DNA of 35,579 nt from Azolla caroliniana (Eukaryota > Plantae > Polypodiophyta), in contig JBHGNT010000314.1 in NCBI GenBank assembly GCA_043228905.1, forward strand, positions 1 through 35,579, read 5' to 3'. The notes beneath the pieces are model-generated. The model was not told the origin of the DNA and ran no database searches. It worked only from the letters and a program-made list of their open reading frames with translations. Made by a program: the position numbers and the translations under genes. Shown here in pieces: positions 20,947 through 33,400 of this stretch. The first letter of the stretch is position 1. Each line of letters begins with the position of its first letter.

Positions 20947-22030
20947 TTCCACCCCATAGAGAAGAACTGGTGTCACCAAAGTGTCAAAAAGATATTTCTT
21001 GAGGACCCAACACTTAATATCTCCAAGATTGCATGTGTTCTCAAATGCATAGTATGCTCGTTTGCCCGCCTCTAAGCGGCGTGTAGCACATTCATTCCAT
21101 CTATGATTTGAAGGAACTTCAAGGCCAAGATATTTGAAGCTTTCCACACATTCAAGTGGCTCATTGTTGTACATAATGCATGGTTTATCTCTTTTTTGGC
21201 TCTTCACAAGCATAATCTTTGTTTTAGAGCTATTGACACTTAATTTAGTATGCATGCAAAATTTTTCCAATGCCTTCATAAGCTTTTGTGCATCTCCTAA
21301 AGTATTTGCAAAAAGCACTACGTCATCTGCATATAGCAAAAGCATAATCACAACATTCCCAATGGCAACTTCTTCAACACATTCTTCCTTTGCAAACTTG
21401 GTAACCATTTCTTCCAATTCATCAATGCATAGACCAAATAGTGTTGGTGAGAGTGGGCATCCTTGCTTAACACCAATAGTGCTTTTGAAAAAATCTGAAA
21501 GTTTATCTCTCATGCGCACACAACATATAACCTTCTCATAAATTCGGGAAATTGCAAGCATATATTCACTTGGCACCTCAAGTTCTTCCATTCGCCTCCA
21601 AAGATGCTCACGAGGTACCATATCAAAAGCTTTCTTGAAGTCTACAAAGCAACAATATAAACCTTTACCTCTAAGGCGACTTTCCTCCATTAATACTCGA
21701 AGGGTGATAAGGTGATCAATCGTGCTATGGTGTTTCCGAAAGCCAGCTTGTCCATAAGCTCTCTTACCACTTTTTTCAGCCCATACACTTATCTTTGATT
21801 CCATTATACATCCAAATAGTTTTGCCATTAATGAGCCAACCATGATGGTTCGATAGTTGTTTACATTGTTTATATCTCCACCTTTATGTAAAGGTTTGAT
21901 CCAATTTGTAGTCCAATCGTACGGCATACCATGTTGCAATGCATCATTAAACATATCGCTTATCCATATATGTGCTCCCTTTCCCGTCCATTTGAGCATT
22001 TCAGCCTTTATACATTGAAGATATATGCAT
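20947..22030 (-). pseudogene. LINE ORF2 reverse transcriptase domain (5' truncated)
   Basis: IKAEMLK..WIKPLHKGGD..NYRTI..QAGFR..DFKKAFD..QGCPLSP..YADD..FKYLG, with no internal stops. Confidence 0.93.
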
Positions 22031-22322
22031 AGGAGTGAGAGAGAGAGAGAAAGGAAGAGGTCGACGCCTTTGTGTAATACCGCCGCCTGTGGCGAGGACA
22101 GCGAGCTCAAGGTTGTCGCCCTGCAGCTCGCCATTGTACATACCCTGCGTATAGTGATAGTTGGAGTCTTGCACTCCCGTGGTTTTTCCCGTCTAGGGTT
22201 TTCCACTCTAAACCCTGTTGCATTCGAGTCTCTCTCTGTGTTTTCGATTTACTGCTGCATTGACTCGTGTTTCCTCGGTTGTGGCCGAGAGGTGAAGCTT
22301 CTGAAAGCGTCAATTTCCAACA

Positions 22323-25250
22323 TGCCGTTGCTACGGGGTCTTGTCATAGTCCAGCTCGTGCTTCTGCGCATAGCCTTTCGCTACCAACCTTGGCCTTGTA
22401 TTGGTTGACCGAGCCGTCAGTGTTGTAGTTGACCTTGTACACCCACCTACATCCAATTGGCTTCACACCCTTCGGTGCGTCAACTAGGTCCCAGGTTTCA
22501 TTCTCCAATAATGCGCGTATCTCTTCCTCCATTGCGGCATGCCAGTTCGCGTCTTTCGCCGCTTCTACGTAGCTCTCCAGCTCACGCACTTCCGCCACTC
22601 GCGTCATGTACGCGTAATGGTGCGCCATGTACTCATTATACCCGTATCTCTTTACGGGGTTCTTCTGGTGGGTAGATCGGCTTAAATCATGATCACCCGA
22701 TTTAACAACCTTTTCGGCCGAGTTTGACCTTTGCCGCGGAGGTTTCTTTACGATCGGCTCAATGTCAGATTCGCTTCGAACTTACTCGGCATTGCCGAAA
22801 TCGTACTCCGGCATTTTCTTCTTGCCCTTCTCCGTGCGCGTAAACCGTCTCCTCGGTTCTTTACGTGGGGACATCACGACTGAGTCTCCACTACTTGCCG
22901 TCTCATCATTTGGTTGGCCATCTTGGCCCAACCTTTCATTCGGCCTGCTTAGCCGAAATGAGATCGGACTCTCTCTTAGAGCTATGACATCCTCATCATG
23001 CGGTGGCATTTAAGCCTCGCTGATCTCTTCTTCAAAAATCGGAATGGAGTCATGAGGTACTGGAGGTGAAGGCAAGTACCACAAGCGGACTCGTCAAACA
23101 TGACGTCGCGGCTTACGCGTGCTTCCTTTGTTCGAGGGTCATAACACTTATACCCTTTCTGCTCATCTAAATAGCTGACCAAGATACATTTCTCAGCTTT
23201 AGCATCCAGTTTCCTCCTTTTTTCCTTCGGCACATGCACATACGCGATGCTACCGAAAATCCTCAAGTGTGCCAAGTTCGGCTTCTTCCTGAAATACAGC
23301 TCATGTGGCGACACTCCTCAATTAGTAGAAGTCCGATTCTGTAGGTAGACAATCGTCTTGACGCCTTCAACCCAATAGAATTTTGACATATGCTTCTCTT
23401 CAAGCATTGCCCTGGCCGCTTCTTCGATTGTCCGATTCTTCCGCTCGGCCACGCCGTTCTGCTACGGCGTGTCTCTACACGAGAATTCGCGTCGAATTCC
23501 CTCCTTCTGTAGATAACTTGTGAACTGGTCGGAGAAGTACTCCTTCCCGCCATCGGACCATAGGCATTTGATCTTACGCCTCATTTCCCTTTCCGTATGG
23601 CTCTTCACCTTCAGGAAACATGCGAAGACTTCGCTCTTCTTCTCAATCATGCATGCCCACGTGTGCCGAGTGAAGTCATCGATGAAAGTTACAAAGTAAT
23701 GGCTTCCACCGAGACTCACGTTCTGTGCCGGACCCCACACATCCGAATGGATCAAATCCAGTGGACTTCAACTACGATTATGCTCATTGGGGAATGGAAG
23801 TCGGTGTTGTTTTCCCTTCTGATAGGCTTAGCAAACTTGGCCATTTCGGCCACGAAATTTTGGCAAGCCGAAAACAATGTTCTTCGTCTACATTTCACGA
23901 AGCCGTGGGAAATTCACATGGCCGAATCGCTTGTGCCACATGTCGATATCCGATTCGACCTTTTGTCCTTTTGCGTACAACGCGGTTCCGGCTTGATTAG
24001 TGTTGAGGATGAACATCCTCCCTTCACGGCGCCCTTGTGCGATTACTTTGCCTTCCTCTTCTATGAAGCAGCCGAGGTGCGTGAATCGAACTTGCATATC
24101 TTGGTCAACGATCTGACGAACGGACACCAAGTTCTTCGTTATTGTCGGGACGTGCAACATGTTCATAAACTTCCCTTTTTGGCCGACGTGGCCGAGGGGA
24201 ACTTCACCGACATGTTCGATGGTATGTGGGGTGTCATCTCCCGTTTCGACAACCCCATGTGATTCCGGCTTCTCCAAGTATGAGAACCATTCCTCGTGAC
24301 TCGTCAGATGAGTTGACGCTCCGGAATCGACATACCACACCTCGCTTGATTTTGAGGTATTCACAGACATTGAGTTGGCCTTATGCTTCATTACCAACGT
24401 AGGGCCCGCTTCATCTCCGGCTCGTTCTGAGCCGTCCGCGAAGTGCGACTTCTGATGCCTTCCTATGCCTCTTCCGCTCGATCCAGCTTTGTCTGAATCA
24501 GCTTGTTTCTTCCAGCATTCCGACGTGGCCTTCTCTTGCCGTCTTCCGGCGCATATATGACTCCCCCTGCTTCCGGAGGGTTCGGAATTGCTTCCGGCAT
24601 CTCGATTATGCCGTCCATTCTTCTCTTTTCGGCCGCCTCCATTGTGCACCGATCCACCTCGTTCACCACAACCACGGGGCCTATCATCCTCCGTGTAGAG
24701 CATCTTGCCATCGGCGTACACACTCATTGACGCACCTGCGTGGTTTTCTTCTACGAGCAACATTGATTGAAGCTCGAAAAATGAAGGCGTATTCTCCCTC
24801 GTGCAGCCCGCCGTTCGGAAAGCTCCGAACTTAAACGCTAACCCGCCAAGACAAACCTGCACCATCTCTTCCTCCTCAACGTTCACGTTGACAGAGGCAA
24901 GTGAGTCATAGATTTCTTTGGTCTTGGTGGTGTAGTCAGCCACCGACATATCTCGTTGTCGTACATTGCTCAACTCTTGCCTGAGTTGAAGCTTTCTAGC
25001 TGTAGTGCTTGTGGCGAAGAGCTTTTTGAGATTCGCCCACGTGTCCTTTGGCGTCTTAGCATCCCAAATATAGCTCAATAGCTGGTCGCTCACACAGGAT
25101 GCGAAGCAGTGGAGAACTCTGCCTGCCGCTTGTTCTCAAGCCGAAAAATCTCTGTGTGTCGAATCAGGTGCTACATCATTAGCTCCTTCGACATAACTCC
25201 AGTAGCCATGACCAAGTAGGTACTGGTGTATCTTGTACGACCAAGATGCG
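22323..25250 (-). pseudogene. Element B gag, protease, integrase and RT N-terminus
   Basis: Gag KKLFATSTTARKLQLRQEL, protease WYVDSGAS, WHKRFGH, integrase IHSDVWGP..SDGGKEY, KLDAKAEKC, RT start ENETWDLV..IGCRWVYK. Several frameshifts. Confidence 0.95.
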
Positions 25251-26202
25251 TAGTTGCTCTTGTTGATCTTTTCAGTCGGTATCGAGCTTCCCATAACTCT
25301 GTCCATATTACTGTCTTTTCCTTTTTCAAAATAGAATGAAGAACAACTTCAACTGTGTTCTGTAGCAAGCTTTTCTTGTCAGCTGCAGAGGACTTCAACC
25401 CTCGCGCTCTGATACCATGTAAAAGAATACGTTGTGTGGAAGCGTGTGTGTAAACGCAGAGTACATAGTTCAGAAATAAGACAATTCGATAAACTCAGAA
25501 AACGCAGAGACGGAGATGGAGAGGGAGAGACAGAGAGTGAGAGAGTAGACAATGTAAAAACTCAAATTCAAAATAATGACTCTCTGTACATACACCGTGC
25601 TCAGTGAGCAACTTTTATACAAGCCTTGACAATCGGGCTAACACAAGTACTGACAATACTTGACTGCTCATAAATTAGCCTCGACATTCACTCCCAAAAT
25701 TATTCCTTACGAGGAATATCTCTCTAATAGCCTTTCGGTTTACGCACCTATATGGCCAAGTTGTGCGTACTGACTTACGCGTCCAGTTTACGCACTGGGT
25801 TACTCACCATATTATGCACCCAATGTTGAGCTTGTCACTCAACAATACATCAAATCAAGAAGATTTACATTGGGAGGTATTGTTGGAACTTGAGCCATTG
25901 GCAACGGTTCTCTATCCATAGAAGCTTGATTATTGTTGCTTGCATGGTTGTTAGAGGAAATTTAACCTCCTTGAACTTGATAGATACCTCGTCCTAAACC
26001 TCCTTTTCGTCTTGAAGGACATAGTGTAGCAATATGGCCTTCAACACCACAAGAATAACAAATCGGGACTCGTTTTTCTTGTGGCACCTCTCAAACTTGG
26101 TTGGTGTTGCATTTGGTGGAATTGATTGGTTAGCTCATCAAGGCATCGATTTAGTTGCTCGGGGAAAGTTCCATCTGTTCTTGAATGATCTACATCTTGC
26201 AA

Positions 26203-26865
26203 AGATAGAAAGAAAAGATAAAGAAGTTATATAAATCGAAAACAACAAAGATGTATTGATAATGAATGATCATGATGGAAAGAAGAGAGAAAGAAGATAC
26301 ATAAATCCAAGTCTACAAAGATGTATTGGGAACAACTCAACCACACTATATGAACGGGAAAGAAAACACCATAAGAAATAGACTCAGAACTCTACCCCCA
26401 ACCTTACTCTCCTCCCCTTATTACAAAGGTATCACTTCTTCTATCTCCCCTTTTATACTCCCCTTCTCACTTCTTATAATCTTCTTCTTCTCTTTTTCAC
26501 GCTTTTTTTAGAAGTTTTTTATCTCCTATTTTTAGCTACGACACAACGACCTTCTAATAGTCATATCTCCATTATCCGAGCTCCAAATTTAGAAATGTAA
26601 AAAGCTACGGATAGCTCTCTTTACAAGCGTGCCAACCTATAGTTGAACATATATTTGTCTTCTAAACGATTGAGTTATGAGAGGTCGTTTCAGACTGTGT
26701 TTTGGTGGCCCTCTTTTTTCTTCTTTTACTTTTCTCCAGGTGTCATGCTTTTAGTTTGACTTATCCTCAAGACCTTGGTTCGTGTTCTTGACCTCCGGAT
26801 GTGAATGATCCATACCTTATATTCTTGTAGTGTTCAATACCTTGAATTCTAAAAACACTTTCACA
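26203..26865 (-). repeat. Second LTR copy of element A
   Basis: Direct repeat of 5170-5743 ending ..aaaaacactttcaca. Left boundary and PBS not resolved. Confidence 0.75.
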
Positions 26866-27339
26866 GGTTACAAGTAGGGAATCTAGGAAGAACTAAAGTC
26901 ATTCTCTTCCACCCCTTATATCGTTAGGAGTAAATGTAACCTAATGCTCGCTTATACACAAATTGCGGTAGACAAAATATATGTGTTCTTGGAGTCGCTT
27001 TATGTGCTTGTTCAAGTAACTTTCATGACCCAAGCAACAAAAGATAAAGTAACAAGAGGATATCTATCCCTCTCACTCTTAGAGAGACAATGCGAATAGA
27101 CATACTTTCAAGATCCACAAACAAAGGGATGGATCTTTGACTCTTCATTGACCCCGTCTGTCATGGATGGCACGGTAAGTTGGGTTGCAAAGCATGTGGT
27201 TGCAATTAGAGTCTACATTTCAAGCTAGTTGGAAAAGTTATATGGATATATGAATCAATGGTTACAAATGGGAAATCTAGGGAGTACTAAAATTGTTATA
27301 TGAGTCATGTCGACCAAAGAGGAATCATGAGTTCTTCAA

Positions 27340-27760
27340 GTGGTGCACCTTCGGACGGCCCATAAACCATGTTAGCCAGGGGGTCCCTAACATAACACTC
27401 GATAAGCTCCTTCTTCAATGTCTAGAGTGAGTCGTTGAGACCATAACACTCGAGAAACCTTCCATCGTGTTGTTCCTAGTTGCAACAAACCGCATGTATC
27501 TCAATCACGTTAGGATGGATGCTTGGCGCTATGACCTTGGTGAAGCTACCCAATCGTCTTTCTTCGAGGATGTCCTTCATGAAAATTTTGGCTTTACAGG
27601 CCTCCAAGAAGCTGATGGCATCGTTTCCATTAAATTGGCCTATTGTGCCGATTATGTTCTCCATGGTGCTATCGAGGCTAGTTGAGCTCTCTCAAGCATT
27701 CACCAAATGGTCAACAGCAATTGTCATTGCCATTGCCTCAGCGACTTACTACCTCACATC
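27340..27760 (-). pseudogene. Gypsy-like gag N-terminal remnant
   Basis: MENIIGTIGQFNGNDAISFLEACKAKIFMKDI..RRLGSF resembles the retrotransposon gag FxGxDxxxFL motif. Lies downstream of an LTR-like region ending at 28538. Confidence 0.5.
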
Positions 27761-27924
27761 CTAGGATTCCCTTGCCTCCTTTTTCGCATCAGGTTCACCA
27801 AGATGTCAAAAAAATCTATGCCTGCGGGTCTTATTGGGTGGGACAATAGGGGTCTCAGACCAGGGAGCCTAATGATAGGTGCCGACTGCATGTTTGCTGT
27901 GATCGTATTGGCTTCTAGACGATG

Positions 27925-28538
27925 AGTGCACCGACTTGTAGATGCACACCGGCAAACATGAGAATAACAAGAGAGGAAATGATCAAAGAAGGATCTCACG
28001 GTACACAATACACGTCCATAAGAGAAGACAACAAATCGATTAATAGTAGAGACAAGATGCAAGGTTGGCCCTAGGACAGAATAGAGATTTGAGCTCAGCA
28101 CACGCGCACACAAGTGAGCATATGGTCAGGAGCACATGGGCTACCATCATGAGAAGAGACCTCACACCCCCTTTACCAAACAAGCAGAATAGAATACCTA
28201 CTAGGCACTCGATGCCACAATCTGACAACACCGTCCCCCCTTTTTACGATCCCTCCAAAACAATGTCCATCTCTTCCTTTTATAGCCCAAGGAAGGTGCG
28301 TTACATCAGTTGTAATGACAACCATTTTGTTCAAAGATTTCCCATGATTTTCCACCATCACGTCCTATTATTTCTCCTCTCTTTCTAGAACCCATAAGTA
28401 CTAATAAAGCTAGCTTGTCTTGTACTTATTGATACAATGTTATTTATACATTAGACCTAGTTCATGTGCATGCATGCACACCCTTGTTCACTCACATCCT
28501 ACAAACTTTCCTCCTAGTGGCCAGAATCCTTCACGACA
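27925..28538 (-). mobile_element. LTR-like region (family E); left edge uncertain
   Basis: On the minus strand it starts TGTCGTGAAGGATTCTGGCCACTA, similar to TGTCGTGAAGATCCGTCACTA at 35092. There is an abrupt junction at 28538. Confidence 0.45.
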
Positions 28539-29118
28539 GCGTGAAGAAGGCCAATGAGGTCCCAAGGAGCAGTTAAGCCGATCCGATGGGTCGAGTACTG
28601 TGGGACTGGATGGGTTATGGAGCACAAACAAGGAGAAGCTAGAGCGGTGGACCATCTAGAACTAACAAGAGACATCAAGTTGAGCTTGAGGGGGAGTGTT
28701 GAGAGACAAGCTCAAAATGAGCTAAATCGGCTAAAGGCCGAAGGGCTAGATCGACTGAAGAAGCGATAGCTGAGTGGGCTGAGGAGAGTCGGTTGAAGAA
28801 GCTGAGAGACAAAGCGGTTGAAGAAGCCAACAAGTCGTTAAGGACTATATTTCTATTCATAGTAATAGGAAGATTTTAGGGAATTAGTGATAGATGCTCA
28901 TTTGTGAGCATACAAGTACTTAATGTCAACCCATTGTCAGGGCTTCCATACAAGCGCTCACAGAGCACAATAGTATGTACAAAACGTTATTATTTTTTGA
29001 AACAAGTTGTTGTCTACTAACTCTATCTCCATCTATGTGTTTACCTAACTATATTTTGGTGTCCGACTGAATCGGCTGTCTTGTCTAAAGGCTTCTGCAT
29101 ACACTATTCTTTTACAAC
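28539..29118 (+). mobile_element. 3' end (3' internal region, PPT, 3' LTR 28697-~29118) of a B-related copia
   Basis: caagttgagcttgagggggag|tgttgagagacaagctcaa matches the PPT-LTR junction of B (reverse complement of 8148-8187). The end ..tattctttaca matches the B LTR end. Confidence 0.8.
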
Positions 29119-30473
29119 ATAAATAACATATCCTAGTTTGTTCAGATTGGACAATGTGAATATGGCCATTATATACCCATATTCGACATAGACATATGAT
29201 GGGCATATACATCAAGGAGAAATTTGTAATATAAAATAGATATATACAAAGAGATGTTAGGATAGATCGGCATATAACCAAATTGGTAATGGCCAAAAGA
29301 AATATAGGCCGAATCGGGTGGTTCAAGAACAAACGCCAGATCGGCTGTCAAGGCTGATTGTTCGAAGCTATCTTTGTTGTTTGACTCCATCAGACCAATT
29401 TCTCTTTAAGCCCACCTCGTGCCTCAATAATCGGAATCGGTCAACCGAAAGACACTTGTTCATCCAATCTACTACATTGTCCGCGGTAGAGATATTCTAG
29501 AGCCCAAGCCTTCTTGAAGTTATACTGGTCTAAACGGAGTGATATCAAATGACGATACACTTGGAGGCATTATTTTGAATTGGGTTCTTTGACAAAGTGA
29601 TAACACCTTAACTGCCACTATAGACAATTGGTGCCGAATTCGGATCGGCTTGTCAAAATATACACGCTAGTTGATTGAGCCATAGAACCTCTTTCGCCGC
29701 ATTGGACACGACTATGTATTCAACTTTGGTAGTTAAAGTGGCTATGCACTTTTGAAGTTGCTCCATTCTCAAATTTGAAGCAGTATTCAGTTGTTGACTT
29801 TCGATTGTCCACAAAGTCGACAAAGTCCGAGTTGGTGTAGCTGATTAGGCTTGATTTCCTGTTTGGACCAAAGAGGATGCCAAGGTCTTGTGTGCCCACC
29901 AAATATCTGAATACATGCTTAACTGCATTCCAATGTTGTTCGCTAGGGTTGTGGACGAATCAGTTGACGACTCCTATTATGTATGCTATGTTAGGTCGTG
30001 TTGTGACCATTGTGTACATCAAGGAGCCGATTGTAGGTGCATAAGACACTGGCTTCATATCTTCCCCCTTTGGGCTGGATATCAGATAGTCTCGCTGAGA
30101 CAACTGAAGGCTAATGGGGAGCGGGGTAGAGGCATATTTGGGTGATTGCATGTTGAAGAGTTCCAAGAAATGTCACTGATTTCAGGACCAACTTATCTTC
30201 ATCCTAGAATATGTGTTGTCGGACCTAAGTCATGCATGGGACCCATCTTGAGCTTTCTTCGAGAAGAGGCAATGGTCCTCATCGCTCTTACAGAAGCCAA
30301 TAGACTAGACAAAGTCAGCAAACTTTTTGTACCACTGCCTTGGTTCGTACTTTAGGCCATAAAGACTATTCCTGAATATGTAAATGAGATGTTCTTGGCC
30401 GACTGCAATAAAGCCTTTCAGCTACTCCATTTAATCTCCTCTTTTAGATCACTGTGAACAAAGTTCGTCTTAA

Positions 30474-33400
30474 AACACCTGGACATTTGAAACAGGTAAT
30501 ATGTCGCATTTTGAGAACTGTCCATCAAAAAATGACACAAATTAGGATGATTCACAAAAAGGGGTGCTGCATGCGTAAAGGAATTTTAAAAATGACCCAA
30601 AAATATATTGATTTTTAACATGTACGGAAATTTAGGTGTTCAAAAAAATGCCTAAATAATGGACATGCCAAACTTACAAATGAATGTCCAAAATGACTAA
30701 CCCCAATATTTATAGAAATTCTGAATCCAAATCTTGATGTGCAATACAATATTTATAGTTAACGTATCAGGACAATCATTTTTCAAGTTTATGTCATCAT
30801 CTTCATACCCATTAGATGAACTAGTACGAGTTTATGAGGTCTCATCCTCATCATCAATGGCAAATAATGCATTGTGTTGATCTAATTGCAATCCAACCTC
30901 ATCGAGTTTATGAGTCATGCTTCTTGTTTGTCTTTGTGTTGTGTCTGAAGCCACATTCCAGATCCTCTTTTAGTATCTTCATTGTCGTCTATCACAGATA
31001 ACTTGTTTTGGTCAAAGATAAGTCATACACTAATATATAAACATTATCCAATGCAAGAGTAGATGTGCTTGATGCATCTTTCCTCCTCACTTTTTGTTTA
31101 TGATATTTCATTATGTACTTTCCATTTACAAGATTAGATTATGTGAGAGAAGCTTTCTACCAAAATCATTAGAATCTAAAAAATGTCTTAAAGATGTTTT
31201 CCATTTTAATTAGATTCTCATAGTAAGCCTTTGATGTCGTATAGAAATCCGATTCATTCCATCTAGATTTGATGCAACATGTCGAATTTTACTCTATACA
31301 TCTAGAATTGGATATAATGCATCAGATTCCTGTAAGTCTTGGAATTTTTTTAAAAATTTCCATTAAAAAAATACTCTTGCATTTTAATGCATTGCATTGA
31401 ATTCTAGCTACATAGACTAAAATATGATACATTGCATGGATTTCCCAAAAATACATAAATAAATACAAATTGAAAAAATAAAACATTTTCCCATAAATAA
31501 ATAAATAAACATTTTTTATTTTACTCGTAAATAAATAAATAAAAATTGAGAAATTAGATTTCAATGGAAATCCAATTCCGTGCATCGGATTCAATTGAAA
31601 ATCCAATTTCTCTTATTTTTTTGAAAATTTTCTTATTTTTTGAATTGTTTTTGAATTTGTTTTTATTTTTCCCATAAAAAAATAAATAAAAATTGAAAAA
31701 ATGGATTTTCAACAGAAATCTCATGCACTGCATCGGATTTTTGTTGAAAGTCCACTTTTACGTATGTTTTTCCAAATTTACTTTTTTTTTTGAATTTTTT
31801 TGAATTTTTTTGAATTTTTCCCATAAAAAAATAAATAAAAATTGAAAAAATGGATTTTCAACGGAAATCCGATGCACTGCATCAGATTTTGGTTGAAAGT
31901 CCACTTTTACATATTTTTTTCCAAATTTTCTTTTTTTTTTTATTTAAATTTTTTCTATAAAAAATAAATAGATTTTCAATGGAATTTTTTCTATAAAAAA
32001 TAAATAAATATTGAAAAAATAGATTTTCAATGGAATTTTTTCTATAAAAAATAAATAAATATTGAAAAAATAGATTTTCAATCCAAATTTTCATAGTTTT
32101 TAGAATTGTTTTGGTATTTTGTTTGTCTATTTTCTCATAAATAACTATATAGAAATTGAAAAAATGAATTTTCAAAGGAAATACATCGGATTTCTATTGA
32201 AAGTCCAATTTTTGCTATTTGTTACCAAATTTTCATATTTTAAAATATTTTTTTGTATTTTTAAATTTTTTTTTCATTTTTTCCCATAAATAAATAAATA
32301 AAAATTGCAAAAAATGGGTTTTCAACAGAAATCCGATGCACTACATCAGATTTCTATTGAAAATCCATTTTGTCTTATTTGTTTCCAATTTTTCAGATAT
32401 TTTGAATTTGTTTCTGTATTTGTTTTGAATTGTTTTTGTTTTTATCATAAATAAATATATAGGAATTGAAAAAAATGGATTTTCAACGGAAATCCGATGC
32501 AGTGCATCGGATTTCCATTGAAAGTCCACTTTTTCTTGTTTGTTTACAAATTTTCTTATTTGTTTATATTTTTCTCTAAAAAAGCGTTAAAAATAAACAA
32601 ATTGTGATTTTCTCCATTTAAAATGATGTGTTTTCAACGGGAATCCAATGCAGTGCATCGGATTCCTGTTGAAAACAGATAATTTTCAACAGGATTTTTA
32701 ATGGAAATCCGATGCACTACATCGGATTTCCGTTCAAAATCACTGAGTTTCAACAGAAATCCGATGCAGTGCATTGGATTTCCGTTGAAAGTCCAATATT
32801 TTTCTTATGTTTTTTCATAAAACATTAATTTGCAATTGAAATCCGACTCAATGGTTCAGATTTTGTTGAAAATGTAATATTTTTTTATTATCTCATTGTT
32901 TTATGAAAAACCTAAAAGAAATTTGGATTTTTAATTGACATTCGATGTAGTGCATTAGATTTCAATTGGAAATCCACTTTTTTAATATATTTTTATTTAT
33001 TTTTTGAAAAAATGAAAAACAATTGAAAAGAAAGAGGATTGCCAACTAAAATCTGATGCAATGCATCAATGTCTAGCTGTATAGACTACGATCTGATGTA
33101 GTGTATCGGATTTCAGTTGAAAAGCCGTTTATTATTATTTTATATGGAAAATAAATAAATAAATAACATTGGAAAAAGAAAAAAGAAAAAAGGATTTTCG
33201 AATCTAATCCAACGCATTGCATTAGATTCTAGCTATATATACTAAAATATAATGTAGTGCATAGTATTTTAGCTGAAAATCCATTTTTGATTTTTTAATG
33301 GAAAATTTTTTAAAAATTACAAAAAAAAAAAAACTTGGATTTTCAACTGAAATCTAGTGCATCGCATTGGATTCCAATTAAAAATCCAAGATTTTTTATT

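Larger units (their letters stand above)
15083..22033 (-). mobile_element. 5'-truncated non-LTR retrotransposon (RTE/RTEX-like LINE) inside C's 3' LTR, split by element D
   Basis: RT motifs NYRTI, QAGFR, FVDFKKAFD, GVKQGCPLSP, YADD and FKYLG lie in 20947-22030. The 3' half is 15159-15995, followed by a short 3' UTR and an (ATCT)n tail at 15083-15103. No endonuclease domain remains. Confidence 0.93.
9966..22322 (+). mobile_element. Element C: young Tnt1-like Ty1/copia retrotransposon inserted in the RT of B
   Basis: TSD TGCCG (9961-9965 / 22323-22327). 5' LTR 9966-10625, PBS 10629-10640, PPT 14729-14740. The 3' LTR is split into 14741-15082 and 22034-22322. LTRs differ by ~2 substitutions plus one 27 bp repeat unit. 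Confidence 0.97.
7741..25844 (-). mobile_element. Element B: full-length but decayed Ty1/copia retrotransposon
   Basis: LTRs at 7741-8166 and 25418-25844 (TG..CA, ~36 substitutions in 426 bp). TSD ATACA (7736-7740 / 25845-25849). Met-tRNA PBS TGGTATCAGAGC at 25406-25417, PPT at 8167-8178. Gene order gag-PR-IN-RT-RH. Confidence 0.96.
5170..26865 (-). mobile_element. Element A: degenerate Gypsy-like LTR element (gag-protease relic), outermost layer of the nest
   Basis: Paired LTR-like repeats and a PPT at 5744-5760. Internal pieces are 5744-6512, 7285-7740 and 25845-26200. Removing the solo LTR gives DALVNSG-IRIG..DLHVIL..YSLILVRPWMQ, a retropepsin D(S/T)G and ILGRPW relic. No TSD or PBS found, so the LTR pairing is provisional. 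Confidence 0.55.

Noticed and set aside
20905-22206. 433 aa ORF as a novel LTR-LINE fusion protein
   Set aside because: The N-terminus is antisense C LTR with a GTG start and the C-terminus is D LTR. A chance in-frame junction with no evidence of expression.
9966-22322. C/D as an assembly-induced inverted duplication
   Set aside because: C and D differ by many substitutions and have different U3/U5 sequences, and the flanking LINE halves rejoin in frame.
31322-32529. ORFs 31322-31606, 31882-32175 and 32341-32529
   Set aside because: F/I/K/N-rich translations of the AT-rich repeat array.
31240-33390. CRISPR array (palindromic repeats with spacers)
   Set aside because: Eukaryotic context, no cas genes, degenerate repeats, and spacers that are low-complexity, variable in length and homologous to each other.
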